From the NCBI GenBank assembly GCA_035295545.1, contig DATGIT010000009.1, positions 140,823 to 204,822 of the forward strand: DNA of 64,000 bases, given 5' to 3'. The translations under genes were made by a program, and so were the position numbers. Origin of the DNA: Candidatus Binataceae bacterium (GTDB taxonomy: Bacteria; Desulfobacterota; Binatia; Binatales; Binataceae). The notes below the pieces were generated by a model, which did no database searches, was not told the DNA's origin, and saw nothing but the letters and a program-made list of their open reading frames with translations. Below, piece after piece: positions 23,862 to 35,393 of this stretch. The stretch's first letter is position 1. The number at the start of each line of letters is the position of its first letter.

Positions 23862-24425
23862 CTACCGGGTTTCCGGCAGATCGACGAACACCGCCGCGGC
23901 GACGACCGAGGTCCACAGCCCGTCGCGGTCGCCGATCGCGGATTGCGTGATGTTGCGCGTGGTGACGATTTTGTCCGACACGCGCCAGACGTCCTTGCGC
24001 ACGTCGTAGCTGGCGTTGGGATCGAAGTCGACGCCGAGGATCGTGGCCAGCATCATCGCGGCCAAATCCTCAGCATAGTCGCCGGCCTTCTGGTCGGTCT
24101 CGCCGAAGCTGTGATGCTCGGAGAGATAGCCGTAATAGCTCGAGTTGGCCGGGATCGCCAGGCCGACCGACGCGGCGATCAGGCGATGGGGCTCGTCGGT
24201 TGCGTTGTCGCTGACGACCGCATACACGATCTGGCCCGGGGCGAGGCGCTTCAGCCCCTCCTGCGGCGTAATCAGCTTGCAGTAGGGCGGGAAAATCGAT
24301 TGCACGCGCACCAGGTTGTACTCGGCGATATTGGCCGAACGCAGCGCCAGCTCAAAGGCAGTGAGTTTCTCGCGGTGCTTGCCGACTCCCTTGGTCAGGA
24401 ACACGCCCTTTGGCAGCGGCCCCAT
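23862..24425 (-). CDS. pdaD: Pyruvoyl-dependent arginine decarboxylase (PvlArgDC family)
   Basis: MGPLPKGVFLTKGVGKHREKLTAFELALRSANIAEYNLVRVQSIFPP matches the PvlArgDC N-terminal signature (FFLTSGxG...SFDxALLxAGIGNxNLVxVSSIxPP), including the serine that becomes the pyruvoyl group. 187 aa. Confidence 0.65.
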   Translation of the reverse strand: MGPLPKGVFLTKGVGKHREKLTAFELALRSANIAEYNLVRVQSIFPPYCKLITPQEGLKRLAPGQIVYAVVSDNATDEPHRLIAASVGLAIPANSSYYGYLSEHHSFGETDQKAGDYAEDLAAMMLATILGVDFDPNASYDVRKDVWRVSDKIVTTRNITQSAIGDRDGLWTSVVAAAVFVDLPETR

Positions 24426-24543
24426 TCAATGCTCTCCCTGTAGCGGCCGATCCCGGCAAGCTGCTCGGGACCGCTCGGCCAGCCTACGCCGTTCAGGGTA
24501 GCAGCAAGCGGGCGCGCGATACATCACGGCGCGGCCGAAGGCG

Positions 24544-26208
24544 CTAGACGACGTTTAGCGGCTGATACTCGCCGAACACGCGGCGCATCGCGTCCGAGAT
24601 TTCACCCAGCGTCGCCCAGTTGCGCACGGCGTCGATTATCGGCGGCATCAGGTTGCTGCCGTCGCGCGCGGCCGACTCGACGCGGGCCAGCGCGGTCTGC
24701 GCCGCCTCGCAGTTGCGCTCGGCGCGCAGGCGGCCGAGCCGCTCGCGCTGCTGCTGTTCGATCTCTGGCTTGACGCGCAGCAGATCCATCGGCGGCTGCT
24801 CGGCGCCGGTGAATTGATTGAGGCCGACGATGATCCGCTCCCTGGCTTCGATCTCGCGCTGATAAAGATAGGCTGCGGACTGAATCTCGCGCTGCATGTA
24901 GCCGCGCTCGATGGCCGCCACCGCGCCGCCGATATCGTCGATCTTTCCCAGGTATTCGAGCGCCTTCTGCTCCAGTTCGCGCGTCAGGCTTTCCACGTAG
25001 TACGAGCCGCCGAGCGGATCGACCGTATCGGCGACGTCGGATTCGTTGGCGATTATCTGCTGAGTGCGCAGCGCGAGCAGCGCGGATTGCTCGGTCGGCA
25101 GGGCAAGCGCCTCGTCGCGGGAGTTGGTATGCAGCGATTGCGCGCCGCCCAGCACCGCGGCCAGGGCCTGCAGCGTCACCCGCACTACGTTGTTGTCCAC
25201 CTGCTGCGCGGTGAGCGTCGAGCCCGCCGTCTGCGCGTGAAAGCGCAGCATCATCGAGCGCTCGTCGGCGGCGCCGAAGCGTTGTTTCATGATCCGCGCC
25301 CACAGGCGGCGCGCGGCGCGAAACTTGGCGATCTCCTCGAAAAAGTTGTTGTGCACGTTGAAGAAGAAAGACAGGCGGCTTGCGAAAGCGTCGACCTTGA
25401 GTCCCGCCTTGAGCGCCGCCTCGACATACGCGATGCCGTCGGCGAGCGTGAACGCGAGCTCCTGCGCCGCGGTCGAGCCGGCCTCGCGGATGTGATAGCC
25501 GGAGATGGAGATCGTGTTCCAGTTGGGAACCTCGGCGGTCGCGAAGGCGAAAATGTCGGTGATGATGCGCATCGAGCCGCGCGGCGGATAGATATAGGTT
25601 CCGCGCGCGACGTATTCCTTGAGCACGTCGTTCTGGATAGTGCCGTTGAGCTGATTCCAGGCGACGCCGCGCCGCTCGGCCGCGACGAGGTAGAGCGCGA
25701 GCAGGATCGAAGCGGTCGCGTTGATGGTCATCGAGGTCGAAATTTTGTCCAGCGGGAGCTGATCGAGCAGCGTCTCCATGTCGTGGAGCGCGCAGATCGA
25801 CACGCCGACGCGGCCCACCTCGCCGCGCGCGAGCTGATGGTCGGCGTCGCGGCCCATCTGCGTCGGCAGGTCGAACGCGACCGAAAGCCCGGTCTGCCCG
25901 TGCTCGAACAGGTAGCGGTAGCGGCGGTTGGATTCCTCGGCCGTGCCGAACCCGGCATACTGCCGCATCGTCCACAGGCGCCCGCGGTACATCGTGGGCT
26001 GCACTCCGCGGGTGAAGGGGTACTCGCCGGCAAAGCCGAGGTCGCGCAGGTAGTCGAACCCGTCAAGGTCGGTCGGGTCGTACTCGCGCTCGATCTCGAC
26101 ACCGGAGCTGGTGGTGAAGCGTTCGCGGCGTTCGCGCCCGCGCTTCAGCGCGGGCGCGACCTTGCGCTGTTCCCAGTTCTTGCGTGCGTCTGCGATGCCA
26201 TTGGACAT
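24544..26208 (-). CDS. Methylmalonyl-CoA mutase family, catalytic (large) subunit only; no B12-binding domain
   Basis: 554 aa. [62 protein letters not shown]... is the acyl-CoA mutase TIM-barrel substrate domain. It ends before where a B12-binding domain would begin, so a separate small subunit must be encoded elsewhere. Confidence 0.8.
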   Translation of the reverse strand: MSNGIADARKNWEQRKVAPALKRGRERRERFTTSSGVEIEREYDPTDLDGFDYLRDLGFAGEYPFTRGVQPTMYRGRLWTMRQYAGFGTAEESNRRYRYLFEHGQTGLSVAFDLPTQMGRDADHQLARGEVGRVGVSICALHDMETLLDQLPLDKISTSMTINATASILLALYLVAAERRGVAWNQLNGTIQNDVLKEYVARGTYIYPPRGSMRIITDIFAFATAEVPNWNTISISGYHIREAGSTAAQELAFTLADGIAYVEAALKAGLKVDAFASRLSFFFNVHNNFFEEIAKFRAARRLWARIMKQRFGAADERSMMLRFHAQTAGSTLTAQQVDNNVVRVTLQALAAVLGGAQSLHTNSRDEALALPTEQSALLALRTQQIIANESDVADTVDPLGGSYYVESLTRELEQKALEYLGKIDDIGGAVAAIERGYMQREIQSAAYLYQREIEARERIIVGLNQFTGAEQPPMDLLRVKPEIEQQQRERLGRLRAERNCEAAQTALARVESAARDGSNLMPPIIDAVRNWATLGEISDAMRRVFGEYQPLNVV

Positions 26209-26231
26209 GATAATGGCCTCCGGCCCCCGGT

Positions 26232-26732
26232 TTATTCGATGATCGCCAGGATCTCGCCCTTCTCGACCGTCTGTCCCGGCGTGACCCGCACTTCGACCAC
26301 CTTGCCGGCCTTGGGCGCTCTGATCTCGTTTTCCATCTTCATCGCTTCGACCGTGAGCACGCCGTGCTCGGCCTCGATCTGATCGCCCGGGTTGACCAGC
26401 ACGCTTACGACTCGTCCGGGCATCATGGCCTTCAGCTCGACCCGGCCGCTCAGTTGGCGACCGAGGCTCGCGCGCGCGGCGCGCCGCTTTTCATCGACCA
26501 GGTTGAGCCGCCATGTCCCTGAGCGCGAACTCAGGATCAAATCCTCGCCCTCAGGCGTGACGTCGAAATCGAAGACGCGATCGCCGATCAGCACCGAGAA
26601 GGAATGCGTACCGACGCGGCGCACGTCGAGCTGGAAGCTCTGCTCGCCCAGCCGTACCACGCAGCCGTTGGCTTTCAGATCCTCGAATTCGAATTCGTGC
26701 TCGTGGTCGAGCACGGTCGCCAGATAGCGCAT
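26232..26732 (-). CDS. Biotin carboxyl carrier protein (biotin/lipoyl attachment domain)
   Basis: C-terminal EAMKMENEI biotinylation motif. 166 aa. Confidence 0.8.
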   Translation of the reverse strand: MRYLATVLDHEHEFEFEDLKANGCVVRLGEQSFQLDVRRVGTHSFSVLIGDRVFDFDVTPEGEDLILSSRSGTWRLNLVDEKRRAARASLGRQLSGRVELKAMMPGRVVSVLVNPGDQIEAEHGVLTVEAMKMENEIRAPKAGKVVEVRVTPGQTVEKGEILAIIE

Positions 26733-26740
26733 GGTTCGCT

Positions 26741-28279
26741 TCAGCGCCTCAGCACGTCGAGTCGGCCGAGCGTTTTCCAGGCGGAGCCCGCGCGGCCCGC
26801 GGCGCGGCCCTGGTCCGTACTGGAGGCGAGGCCGTTACCCGGGTTTTGAGCCGCGGCGGCTACGGCGAGCATCGCCGCGGTGAATTCCCGGTCGTGGCTC
26901 CGAGAGTCGCCGTCCTGCTCCGCCTTGACCTTGCGCGGATGAAACTGCTGTCCGATGAAATTGGTGTCGTAGTCGCCGCTGAGGAACACCGGATGGTCCA
27001 TCAGCCAGCGATGGAAATCGAGATTGGTCGTCAACTCGCCCGCGATCACCACTTCGCTGAGCGCACGGCGCATCCGCGCGATCGCTTCGGCGCGATCGCG
27101 GCCCCAGACCGCGAGCTTCGAGATCATCGGATCGTAAAAAATCGGGACCTCGGCGCCCGCGTACACGCCCGCGTCGTTGCGCACGCCGGGCCCGCTCGGC
27201 CATTTCAGTGCGTCGATGCGGCCGGGCGCGGGCACGAAACCGGCGGCGGGGTCTTCGGCATAGATGCGGCATTCAACCGCCCATCCGCGCTGGCTCAAGT
27301 CCTTCTGCTTGAACGGCAGTGGTGCGCCGGCGGCAACCTCGATTTGCGTCTTGACCAGGTCCACGCCGGTAACGAGTTCGGTTATCGGGTGTTCGACCTG
27401 GATGCGCGTGTTCATTTCGAGAAAGTAGAAATTGCGGTCGGCGTCGGCGAGGAACTCGATCGTGCCCGCGCCGCAGTACTTAACCGCCTGCGCCGCCTTG
27501 ACCGCGACTTCGCCCATCGCCCGGCGCATCTCGGGCGTGATGAACGGCGAAGGCGATTCCTCGACCACCTTCTGATGCCGCCGCTGGATGGAGCATTCGC
27601 GTTCGAAAACGTGCACCGTACGGCCCTGCTGATCCGCAAAAACCTGGAACTCGATATGGCGCGGACGGCTCAGGTACTTTTCCACGTACAGCCGCGCGTC
27701 GCCGAACGACGACTTCGCTTCGCCGCCCACTGCGCGGATGGCCGAGGCCAATTCCGATTCCTTTTCGACGAAGCGCAAGCCCTTGCCGCCGCCGCCGGCC
27801 GCGGCCTTGAGCATCACCGGATAGCCTATACGCGCCGCGGTTTCGCGCACCTCGGCTTCACCCGAAAGCGTCCCCGGCGAGCCGGGGACCACGGGCACGC
27901 CGGCCTGGGACATCGCCTTGCGCGCCTCGACCTTGTCCCCCATGGCCTTGATGGCTTCAGGGGACGGGCCGATGAAGACCAGACCCGCGCTGTTCACGGC
28001 ACGGGCAAAGCCGGCGTTTTCGGAGAAGAAGCCGTAACCGGGATGGATCGCTTCGGCGCCGGTGCTGCGGGCAGCTTCGAGGATGCGTTCGGTGTTGAGG
28101 TAGCTTTCAGCGGCGGGCGGCGGACCGACCGCGACGGCATAATCGGCCTCGCGCACATGCAGCGCGGCGCGATCGGCATCCGAGTAGATCGCGACCGACT
28201 GGATGCCCAGATCGCGGCAGGCGCGGATCACGCGTACGGCGATCTCGCCGCGGTTGGCTATCAGGATACGTTTGAACAT
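26741..28279 (-). CDS. accC: Biotin carboxylase subunit of acyl-CoA carboxylase
   Basis: MFKRILIANRGEIAVRVIRACRDLGIQSVAIYSDADRAALHV... ATP-grasp biotin carboxylase. 512 aa. Confidence 0.9.
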   Translation of the reverse strand: MFKRILIANRGEIAVRVIRACRDLGIQSVAIYSDADRAALHVREADYAVAVGPPPAAESYLNTERILEAARSTGAEAIHPGYGFFSENAGFARAVNSAGLVFIGPSPEAIKAMGDKVEARKAMSQAGVPVVPGSPGTLSGEAEVRETAARIGYPVMLKAAAGGGGKGLRFVEKESELASAIRAVGGEAKSSFGDARLYVEKYLSRPRHIEFQVFADQQGRTVHVFERECSIQRRHQKVVEESPSPFITPEMRRAMGEVAVKAAQAVKYCGAGTIEFLADADRNFYFLEMNTRIQVEHPITELVTGVDLVKTQIEVAAGAPLPFKQKDLSQRGWAVECRIYAEDPAAGFVPAPGRIDALKWPSGPGVRNDAGVYAGAEVPIFYDPMISKLAVWGRDRAEAIARMRRALSEVVIAGELTTNLDFHRWLMDHPVFLSGDYDTNFIGQQFHPRKVKAEQDGDSRSHDREFTAAMLAVAAAAQNPGNGLASSTDQGRAAGRAGSAWKTLGRLDVLRR

Positions 28280-28415
28280 CTCGTGCGCCGCCGGCCGTCG
28301 GGGCGACCGATATGCAGCCCTCTTTTACCCATAAATTTTATCGCGTACGCCGCCGCGCAGGCGAGAGCGAATTTTTCAGGTCTCCGCACCCGCTCGATCG
28401 GAGAACGCGTCAGGC

Positions 28416-29966
<1,551 letters not shown>

Positions 29967-30115
29967 CGCTAAATCCCGCGCAAGCGAGCATGATATGGTG
30001 GGTCGGCTGGGCCGCGCAAGCGATTCGCAAGCGCGGTTTCGTGCCGGCTTGAAAGCGCCTCGCGCCTTACACAGCGGGCGCGCGGGGCGGCTGCGAGGCA
30101 AGGCCAAGTGGCATC

Positions 30116-30466
30116 ATGATCGACGACACGATGGCGCAACGGATGGTGGTCTGCGGGTGGATTGCCGCGGCCGGCGCAGGCGTCGTAATGCTGGCGCTCG
30201 GGGCGACAGTGGGGTTCGGCGGCATGCCGTATTTTGTCGCCGCCGCCGCGCTGTTTGCGCTCGCCTATGGCGTCTACCGGCGAAGCCGGGTCTGCGCGGT
30301 GCTCGTGCTGCTCAACCATTTGCTCGGAGCCGCGGCAATCCTGCTGCACGCCGGCACCGTGCAGCCGGTCGAGGTCGCGGCCACGCTGGTCCTCGCGGTG
30401 CTCTACCTCATGGGCGTGATCGGCACATTCGCGCACCACGCGCGCCGCGATGTCGCGCCGGCTTAG
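30116..30466 (+). CDS. Hypothetical small membrane protein
   Basis: 116 aa with three predicted hydrophobic helices. No recognisable motifs. Confidence 0.4.
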   Translation: MIDDTMAQRMVVCGWIAAAGAGVVMLALGATVGFGGMPYFVAAAALFALAYGVYRRSRVCAVLVLLNHLLGAAAILLHAGTVQPVEVAATLVLAVLYLMGVIGTFAHHARRDVAPA

Positions 30467-30486
30467 GCGGCCGCCGGCGGCGAGTC

Positions 30487-30957
30487 CTACTGGCGCGTAT
30501 GCGGCTCGAACCCGGCGAAACTCATGCGATCGCCCTTGCGCACGCCATGGCGGGCGCAGAATCCTCCGTTGACCTCGAGCACATAGAGCGCGGGCGTGTC
30601 CGGACCGACCGGCTGCTCCGAGTAGGGAGTCGCGTCGGCGACGATGCCCACGATCCGGCCGTTGGCGTCGGCGAAAATCATGTCGAGCGGGATTTCCGTG
30701 TGCTTCATCCAGAACTTGAGCGGCTCAGCGGCGGGAAAAATGAACAGCATTCCCGCGTCCTCGTCGAGATGCGCGCGATACATCAGGCCGAACTCGCGCT
30801 GTCCGGGAGTAAGTGCAAGCTCCACCTTCACTGCGGCACGCCGCGCGCCATCGGCGGCGCTCAGCATGACCTGCGGCTGTCGCGCCGCGCCCAGTGCGAG
30901 CGCGGCCAGCGCGAGCATGACGAAATATCGGGCGGAAACGAGACGGCGGGGACACAT
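30487..30957 (-). CDS. DUF192 domain protein
   Basis: GLMYRAHLDEDAGMLFIFPAAEPLKFWMKHTEIPLDMIFADANGRIVGI...ALYVLEVNGG matches the DUF192 consensus. Signal-peptide-like N-terminus. Start uncertain. Confidence 0.6.
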   Translation of the reverse strand: MCPRRLVSARYFVMLALAALALGAARQPQVMLSAADGARRAAVKVELALTPGQREFGLMYRAHLDEDAGMLFIFPAAEPLKFWMKHTEIPLDMIFADANGRIVGIVADATPYSEQPVGPDTPALYVLEVNGGFCARHGVRKGDRMSFAGFEPHTRQ

Positions 30958-31011
30958 CGGAGGCGCCGCCGCCATCATCCGGCTTCCAGGGATTCCCGGC
31001 GGGACCATCGC

Positions 31012-32217
31012 CTAGCTGACGGTGAGCGGCAGCGCTGCCAGGCCGCGCAGAAAAAACGATCCTTTGTATTTGAGCGGCGCCTCGGGCGCGGCGGCCCGGA
31101 TATTTCGATACCGCCCGAGCAGCGCGCTCATCGCAATCGCTCCTTCCATGCGCGCCAGCGGCGCGCCTATGCAGAAATGGATGCCCTCGCCGAACGCCAG
31201 ATGATCGTTCGGCGCGCGCGCAATGTCGAACGTCTCGGGTTCGACAAAGGCCGCCGGATCGCGATTGGCGGCCGCCAGCAGGACGAAAATGAGCGTGCCG
31301 GCGGGAATCCGCGCCCCGGCGATTTCGGCGTCCTGGCGGATGTAGCGCATGGTTGCCTGTACCGGTCCGTCGTAACGCAGCATCTCCTCGATCGCCGAGC
31401 GTATCAGCTCGGGCTCGCGCCGCAGCCGTTCCAGCTGCTCCGGATTGCGCATCAGCGCGAGCGTGCCATTGCCGATCAGGTTGGTTGTGGTCTCGTTGCC
31501 GGCGAGCAGCAGGAGCACGACGAACGCGACCAGCTCACTTTCGCTTAGCACCTCCTCGGAGCCCTCGTGCGCGGCGACCAGCACGCTCACCAGGTCGTCG
31601 CCCGGGTCGCGCCTGCGCCGTTCGATCTCCGCCACGAAGTACTCGCGCAAGGCCGTGAACGCGTCGCGCACCTTCTGCGGCAGAGGCATGCCGGGCGGCG
31701 TGTTGTCCGACTCGATCACGATATCGGACCATTGCTTGAACATCGCGTAGTGCTCGGTCGGTACGCCCAGCATGTGCGCGATAACCATCACCGGGAGCGG
31801 ATTGGCCAAATCGGCCATCACGTCGATCCGGTCGCGATGGGCCGCGCGGTCGAGCAGCAGCTCGGTGAATTCGCGGATTTTGCCTTCGAGCTCGCGGATC
31901 CGGCGCGGCGTGAAAGCGCGGCTCACCAGCCGGCGCAGCCGCGTGTGCACCGGCGGATCGGAGAAAACCACCCGCGGCGCGTCACCGAACACGCTGATGC
32001 GTTCTTCGAGAAAGGGCGAACGCGGCGGTACGCTCGAGAAATGCTCATGGTCGCGCAGCACGGCGGCGCAATCGGCATAGCGGGCCACCAGCGCCATCGG
32101 CAGGAAAACCTTGAGCAGCCGCGGCGGGCCGCTCATCAGCGGCTTGTAATACGGATAGGGATTGGCGCGGAACGCGTCGTCCCACGGGTTGAAATAGATT
32201 TGCTCGGCCTCGCTCAT
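31012..32217 (-). CDS. Cytochrome P450
   Basis: Heme-binding loop FGEGIHFCIGAPLARMEG, plus EXXR and the I-helix region. 401 aa. Confidence 0.85.
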   Translation of the reverse strand: MSEAEQIYFNPWDDAFRANPYPYYKPLMSGPPRLLKVFLPMALVARYADCAAVLRDHEHFSSVPPRSPFLEERISVFGDAPRVVFSDPPVHTRLRRLVSRAFTPRRIRELEGKIREFTELLLDRAAHRDRIDVMADLANPLPVMVIAHMLGVPTEHYAMFKQWSDIVIESDNTPPGMPLPQKVRDAFTALREYFVAEIERRRRDPGDDLVSVLVAAHEGSEEVLSESELVAFVVLLLLAGNETTTNLIGNGTLALMRNPEQLERLRREPELIRSAIEEMLRYDGPVQATMRYIRQDAEIAGARIPAGTLIFVLLAAANRDPAAFVEPETFDIARAPNDHLAFGEGIHFCIGAPLARMEGAIAMSALLGRYRNIRAAAPEAPLKYKGSFFLRGLAALPLTVS

Positions 32218-32299
32218 CCGGCGGCTTCATCCTCGTGCCCGGCGGCGGGCGCCTCGCAGAGTGTAGCGCGACCGCGGCCGCGTGCGACAGTCGGGCGCA

Positions 32300-33115
32300 C
32301 TATCGACCGGCAAAGCGCGGCGGGCGCTTCTCCATGAATGCGCGCACGCCTTCGCGATAATCCTCGCTGTCGAAGCAGCGCGCGACCATCTCCGCGATGG
32401 TCTTGAGATCGCGATCGGCGCCGTCCTTGAGCCCTTCGCGAATCGCGGCCTTGGCGGCGGCCATCGTGAGCGGCGCGTTGGTAGCCATCCGCATCGCGTA
32501 CTCGCGGACGTATTCCTCGAGCTGCGCGGGTTCGACGAGCTGGTTCACCAGGCCCATGGCGTATGCCTCGTCGGCGTCGAAAATGCGCGCCGACATGAGG
32601 ATATCGCGCGCGTTTGCGGCGCCGCAGACGCTTACCAGCGACATCACGCCGTCGAGCGGGTAAGCCAGTCCGAGACGCGCCGCCGGGATACCCATACGCG
32701 TACCGCGCGCCGCGATGCGCACGTCGCAGGCGAGCGCGACCTGCACGCCCCCGCCGATACAGATGCCTGCGATCATCGCGATGACCGGCTTGGGACAGTT
32801 GACGATCGCGTTCGTCGTATTGCCGGGCGCCTCGCGATAAATGCGCGCCTGTTCGGCATTGGCGCGCAGGCTGGGGAATTCGGAGATGTCGGCGCCGGAG
32901 ATAAAGGCCTCGGGTGTCGCGCCGCGCATCACGATCACGCGCACTTCGGGATCGGCGGCGAGTTCGCCGACGCCGCTCGCGATCATCTGCCACGTGCGCA
33001 GATTGAGCGCGTTGCGCAGCTGCGGACGGTTGAGGATAAGCCATCCCAGCGGCGCCTCGCGGCGCACCAAAAGCGGTTCGGACTCCGCAGCCGGCCTGGT
33101 TGTCTGCTCGTTCAT
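32300..33115 (-). CDS. Enoyl-CoA hydratase/isomerase (crotonase) family protein
   Basis: MNEQTTRPAA...LGWLILNRPQLRNALNLRTWQMIASGVGELAADPEVRVIVMRGATPEAFISGADISEF...IAMIAGICIGGGVQVALACDVRIAA. The tracked 616-aa ORF is an artefactual fusion with antisense sequence of the downstream gene. Confidence 0.8.
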   Translation of the reverse strand: MNEQTTRPAAESEPLLVRREAPLGWLILNRPQLRNALNLRTWQMIASGVGELAADPEVRVIVMRGATPEAFISGADISEFPSLRANAEQARIYREAPGNTTNAIVNCPKPVIAMIAGICIGGGVQVALACDVRIAARGTRMGIPAARLGLAYPLDGVMSLVSVCGAANARDILMSARIFDADEAYAMGLVNQLVEPAQLEEYVREYAMRMATNAPLTMAAAKAAIREGLKDGADRDLKTIAEMVARCFDSEDYREGVRAFMEKRPPRFAGR

Positions 33116-33334
33116 GTATGCCCACCTTCTCGGGCCTTCTCGGGCGCAGTTCGCGCTGCATGCTTCGCGTCCGATTCCGCGCTCGCGCGGGGACCGACCA
33201 TGAACCCGCGGCGCGCCCGCGACGTCGTGCGACGATTCACTTGTAACCCAGCGGGCGCGATGCCGTAAACCGCGCGCGCCGCGGCCTCGGCCGTGAGCGC
33301 CGCGCTTGTCCGCGGCACGCGAGCAGATTAGTAA

Positions 33335-34216
33335 TTGGTCATGGACATCACCAAATACGGCGTCTGGTTCTTCTATGATGGGATGACGGCGCGGCAGAGC
33401 GCGGACTTTGCGCGCCTGGTCGAAAGGCTGGGTTATGGCGCGTTGTGGATTCCCGAAGCGGTCGGACGCGAACCCTTTGCGCACGCCGCGTTCATGGCGG
33501 CGCGGACCGAGCGGCTGGTCTTCGCCACCGGCATCGCCAACATTTACGCCCGTGACGCGCTGACCATGGCGGCGGCGGCCAAGACCGTGGGTGAACTTTC
33601 CGACGGCCGTTTTCTGCTCGGTATCGGCGTCAGCCACAAGCCACTGGTCGCGAATCTCCGCGGCCACAGCTACGACAAGCCGTACAGCTACATGCGCGAA
33701 TATCTGCCCAAAATGAAAAGCGCGCTCTATCGCGCCCCGGAGCCCAAAGAGCGGGTGCCGGTGGTGCTCGCCGCCCTGCATCCGAAGATGCTGGCGCTGT
33801 GCGCGGCCGAGGCCGACGGCACGCATACCTATTTCGTACCGCCCGAGCATACCGCGAAGGTGCGCGCCGCCATCGGACCGAAGCCGCTCATCTGCGTCGA
33901 GCAGGCGATCGTTCTGGATACGGACGCGGCCCGGGCGCGCAAGACCGCCCGCGAGTACATGAAGACTTACGTTCCGCGGCTGCCCAACTACACCAACGCG
34001 CTCAAGTCTTTGGGATGGGAAGACAAGGATTTTGAGAACGGATGCAGCGACCGGCTCGTGGATACCATCGTCGCGTGGGGGACCGAGTCGCAGATACGCG
34101 ATCGAGTCGAGGCGCATCTCAAGGCCGGCGCCAGCCATGTCTGTATTCAACCGCTGAGCACGGCGAATCCGCTTATGCCCGATGAGCGGGCCCTGCAGGC
34201 GCTGGCTCCGCGCTAG
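33335..34216 (+). CDS. LLM-class (luciferase-like) flavin/F420-dependent oxidoreductase
   Basis: 293 aa, TIM-barrel luciferase-like family (WFFYDGMTARQSADFARLVERLGYGALWIPEAVGREPFAH...). The cofactor (F420 versus FMN) cannot be decided from sequence by eye. Confidence 0.7.
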   Translation: MVMDITKYGVWFFYDGMTARQSADFARLVERLGYGALWIPEAVGREPFAHAAFMAARTERLVFATGIANIYARDALTMAAAAKTVGELSDGRFLLGIGVSHKPLVANLRGHSYDKPYSYMREYLPKMKSALYRAPEPKERVPVVLAALHPKMLALCAAEADGTHTYFVPPEHTAKVRAAIGPKPLICVEQAIVLDTDAARARKTAREYMKTYVPRLPNYTNALKSLGWEDKDFENGCSDRLVDTIVAWGTESQIRDRVEAHLKAGASHVCIQPLSTANPLMPDERALQALAPR

Positions 34217-34224
34217 GCGCGACC

Positions 34225-34554
34225 ATGCGCGCGCGCGCGCCGGGTTTGGCCTGGGCGGCGGCTGTAATTGCGGCCGCCGCGCTGATGGCGAGCGGATGCG
34301 GCCCGTCGGCGGAACAAAGCGCGGAGCAGGCGCAGGCCGCGGCGGCGCAGGCCCGCGCCGCGTCCGAGCGCGCGCAGGCCGCAGCCGCGCTCGCGCAGCA
34401 GGAAGCGGCTGACGCGCAACGTCGCGCCGATCACGCGGCTCAGCTGTTTGAAGCTGCTGCGGCCGAGTTCAACGATGCCGCCAATCGCATCGAGCGGGCG
34501 CAGCGCAGGCGCCGGGAGAAAGATTCGGAAAACGACGCGAGCGACGCTCAGTGA
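34225..34554 (+). CDS. Hypothetical Ala/Gln-rich coiled-coil lipoprotein
   Basis: Lipobox LMASGC followed by a low-complexity AQAAAAQARAASERAQAAAALAQQEAADAQRR region. Confidence 0.4.
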   Translation: MRARAPGLAWAAAVIAAAALMASGCGPSAEQSAEQAQAAAAQARAASERAQAAAALAQQEAADAQRRADHAAQLFEAAAAEFNDAANRIERAQRRRREKDSENDASDAQ

Positions 34555-34654
34555 GCGGCGAGGTGACCCGGGACAACGCGCGCGCAGGCCCCTCTCGCGG
34601 CTTGGCTGCGTAACGGTGCTTCTCGGATAAGGACGACGCGAAAGAGGGACAACG

Positions 34655-35299
34655 ATGAAACTTTACAACATGAACCTTTCGAATTTCGCCACCAAGTCGC
34701 GAATCGCCATCTATGACAAGGGGCTGAATATCGAGATCGTTCCGATTCCCGGCAACAACCTGAAGTCACCGGAATTTCTCAAGATCAATCCGCTCGGCAA
34801 AACTCCCGCGCTCGAGGCCGACGGCGCGATTATCGCGGAATCCGAGATCATAAACGAATACCTCGAAGACAGATTTCCCACTCCGCCGCTGCTGCCGGCC
34901 TCGCCCGAAGGTCGGGCGCGCGTGCGGTCCTTCACCCGTTTCCATGATCTGTATCTCGAGCCGCCGTTGCGGGCGCTGTTCGGCCAGCTCAATCCAAAAA
35001 ATCGGGACGAGAAGCTGGTCAACGAGCGGCTGACCGAATTCAACCAGCGTTTGGACCAGCTCGAAGCGATGCTTGCGCCGTCCGGTTTCGCGGCGGGATC
35101 GGAGTTCACGCTTGCCGACTGCGCGCTCGCTCCGACGATGTTCTTTGCGACCAACATGCTGCCCGGGTTCGGCGCCAAACCCGCGCTCGAGGGGCGCCCC
35201 AAACTGGGAGCGTGGTGGAAGCAGGTGCAGACGCGGCCGTCGGTGAAGAAGGCTCTGGCCGAGATGAGCGAGGCGCTGGCGGCGATGACGAAGCGCTAG
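34655..35299 (+). CDS. Glutathione S-transferase
   Basis: MKLYNMNLSNFATKSRIAIYDKGLNIEIVPIP...GKTPALEADGAIIAESEIINEYLEDRFP. GST N- and C-terminal domains. Noticeably lower GC than its neighbours. Confidence 0.8.
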   Translation: MKLYNMNLSNFATKSRIAIYDKGLNIEIVPIPGNNLKSPEFLKINPLGKTPALEADGAIIAESEIINEYLEDRFPTPPLLPASPEGRARVRSFTRFHDLYLEPPLRALFGQLNPKNRDEKLVNERLTEFNQRLDQLEAMLAPSGFAAGSEFTLADCALAPTMFFATNMLPGFGAKPALEGRPKLGAWWKQVQTRPSVKKALAEMSEALAAMTKR

Positions 35300-35393
35300 C
35301 GCCATTTCGCGGCGCGCGCGCACGAGTCATCCGCCCGCTCACGCGAGCGTGGATTGCGAAGCGAAGCTGGCCGGACCTGCGGAACCATCGGCG

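Noticed and set aside
32300-34150. 616-aa ORF reported as a single protein
   Set aside because: Only the C-terminal 272 aa (enoyl-CoA hydratase, start at 33115) is coding. The upstream 340 aa is antisense to the LLM oxidoreductase at 33335-34216.
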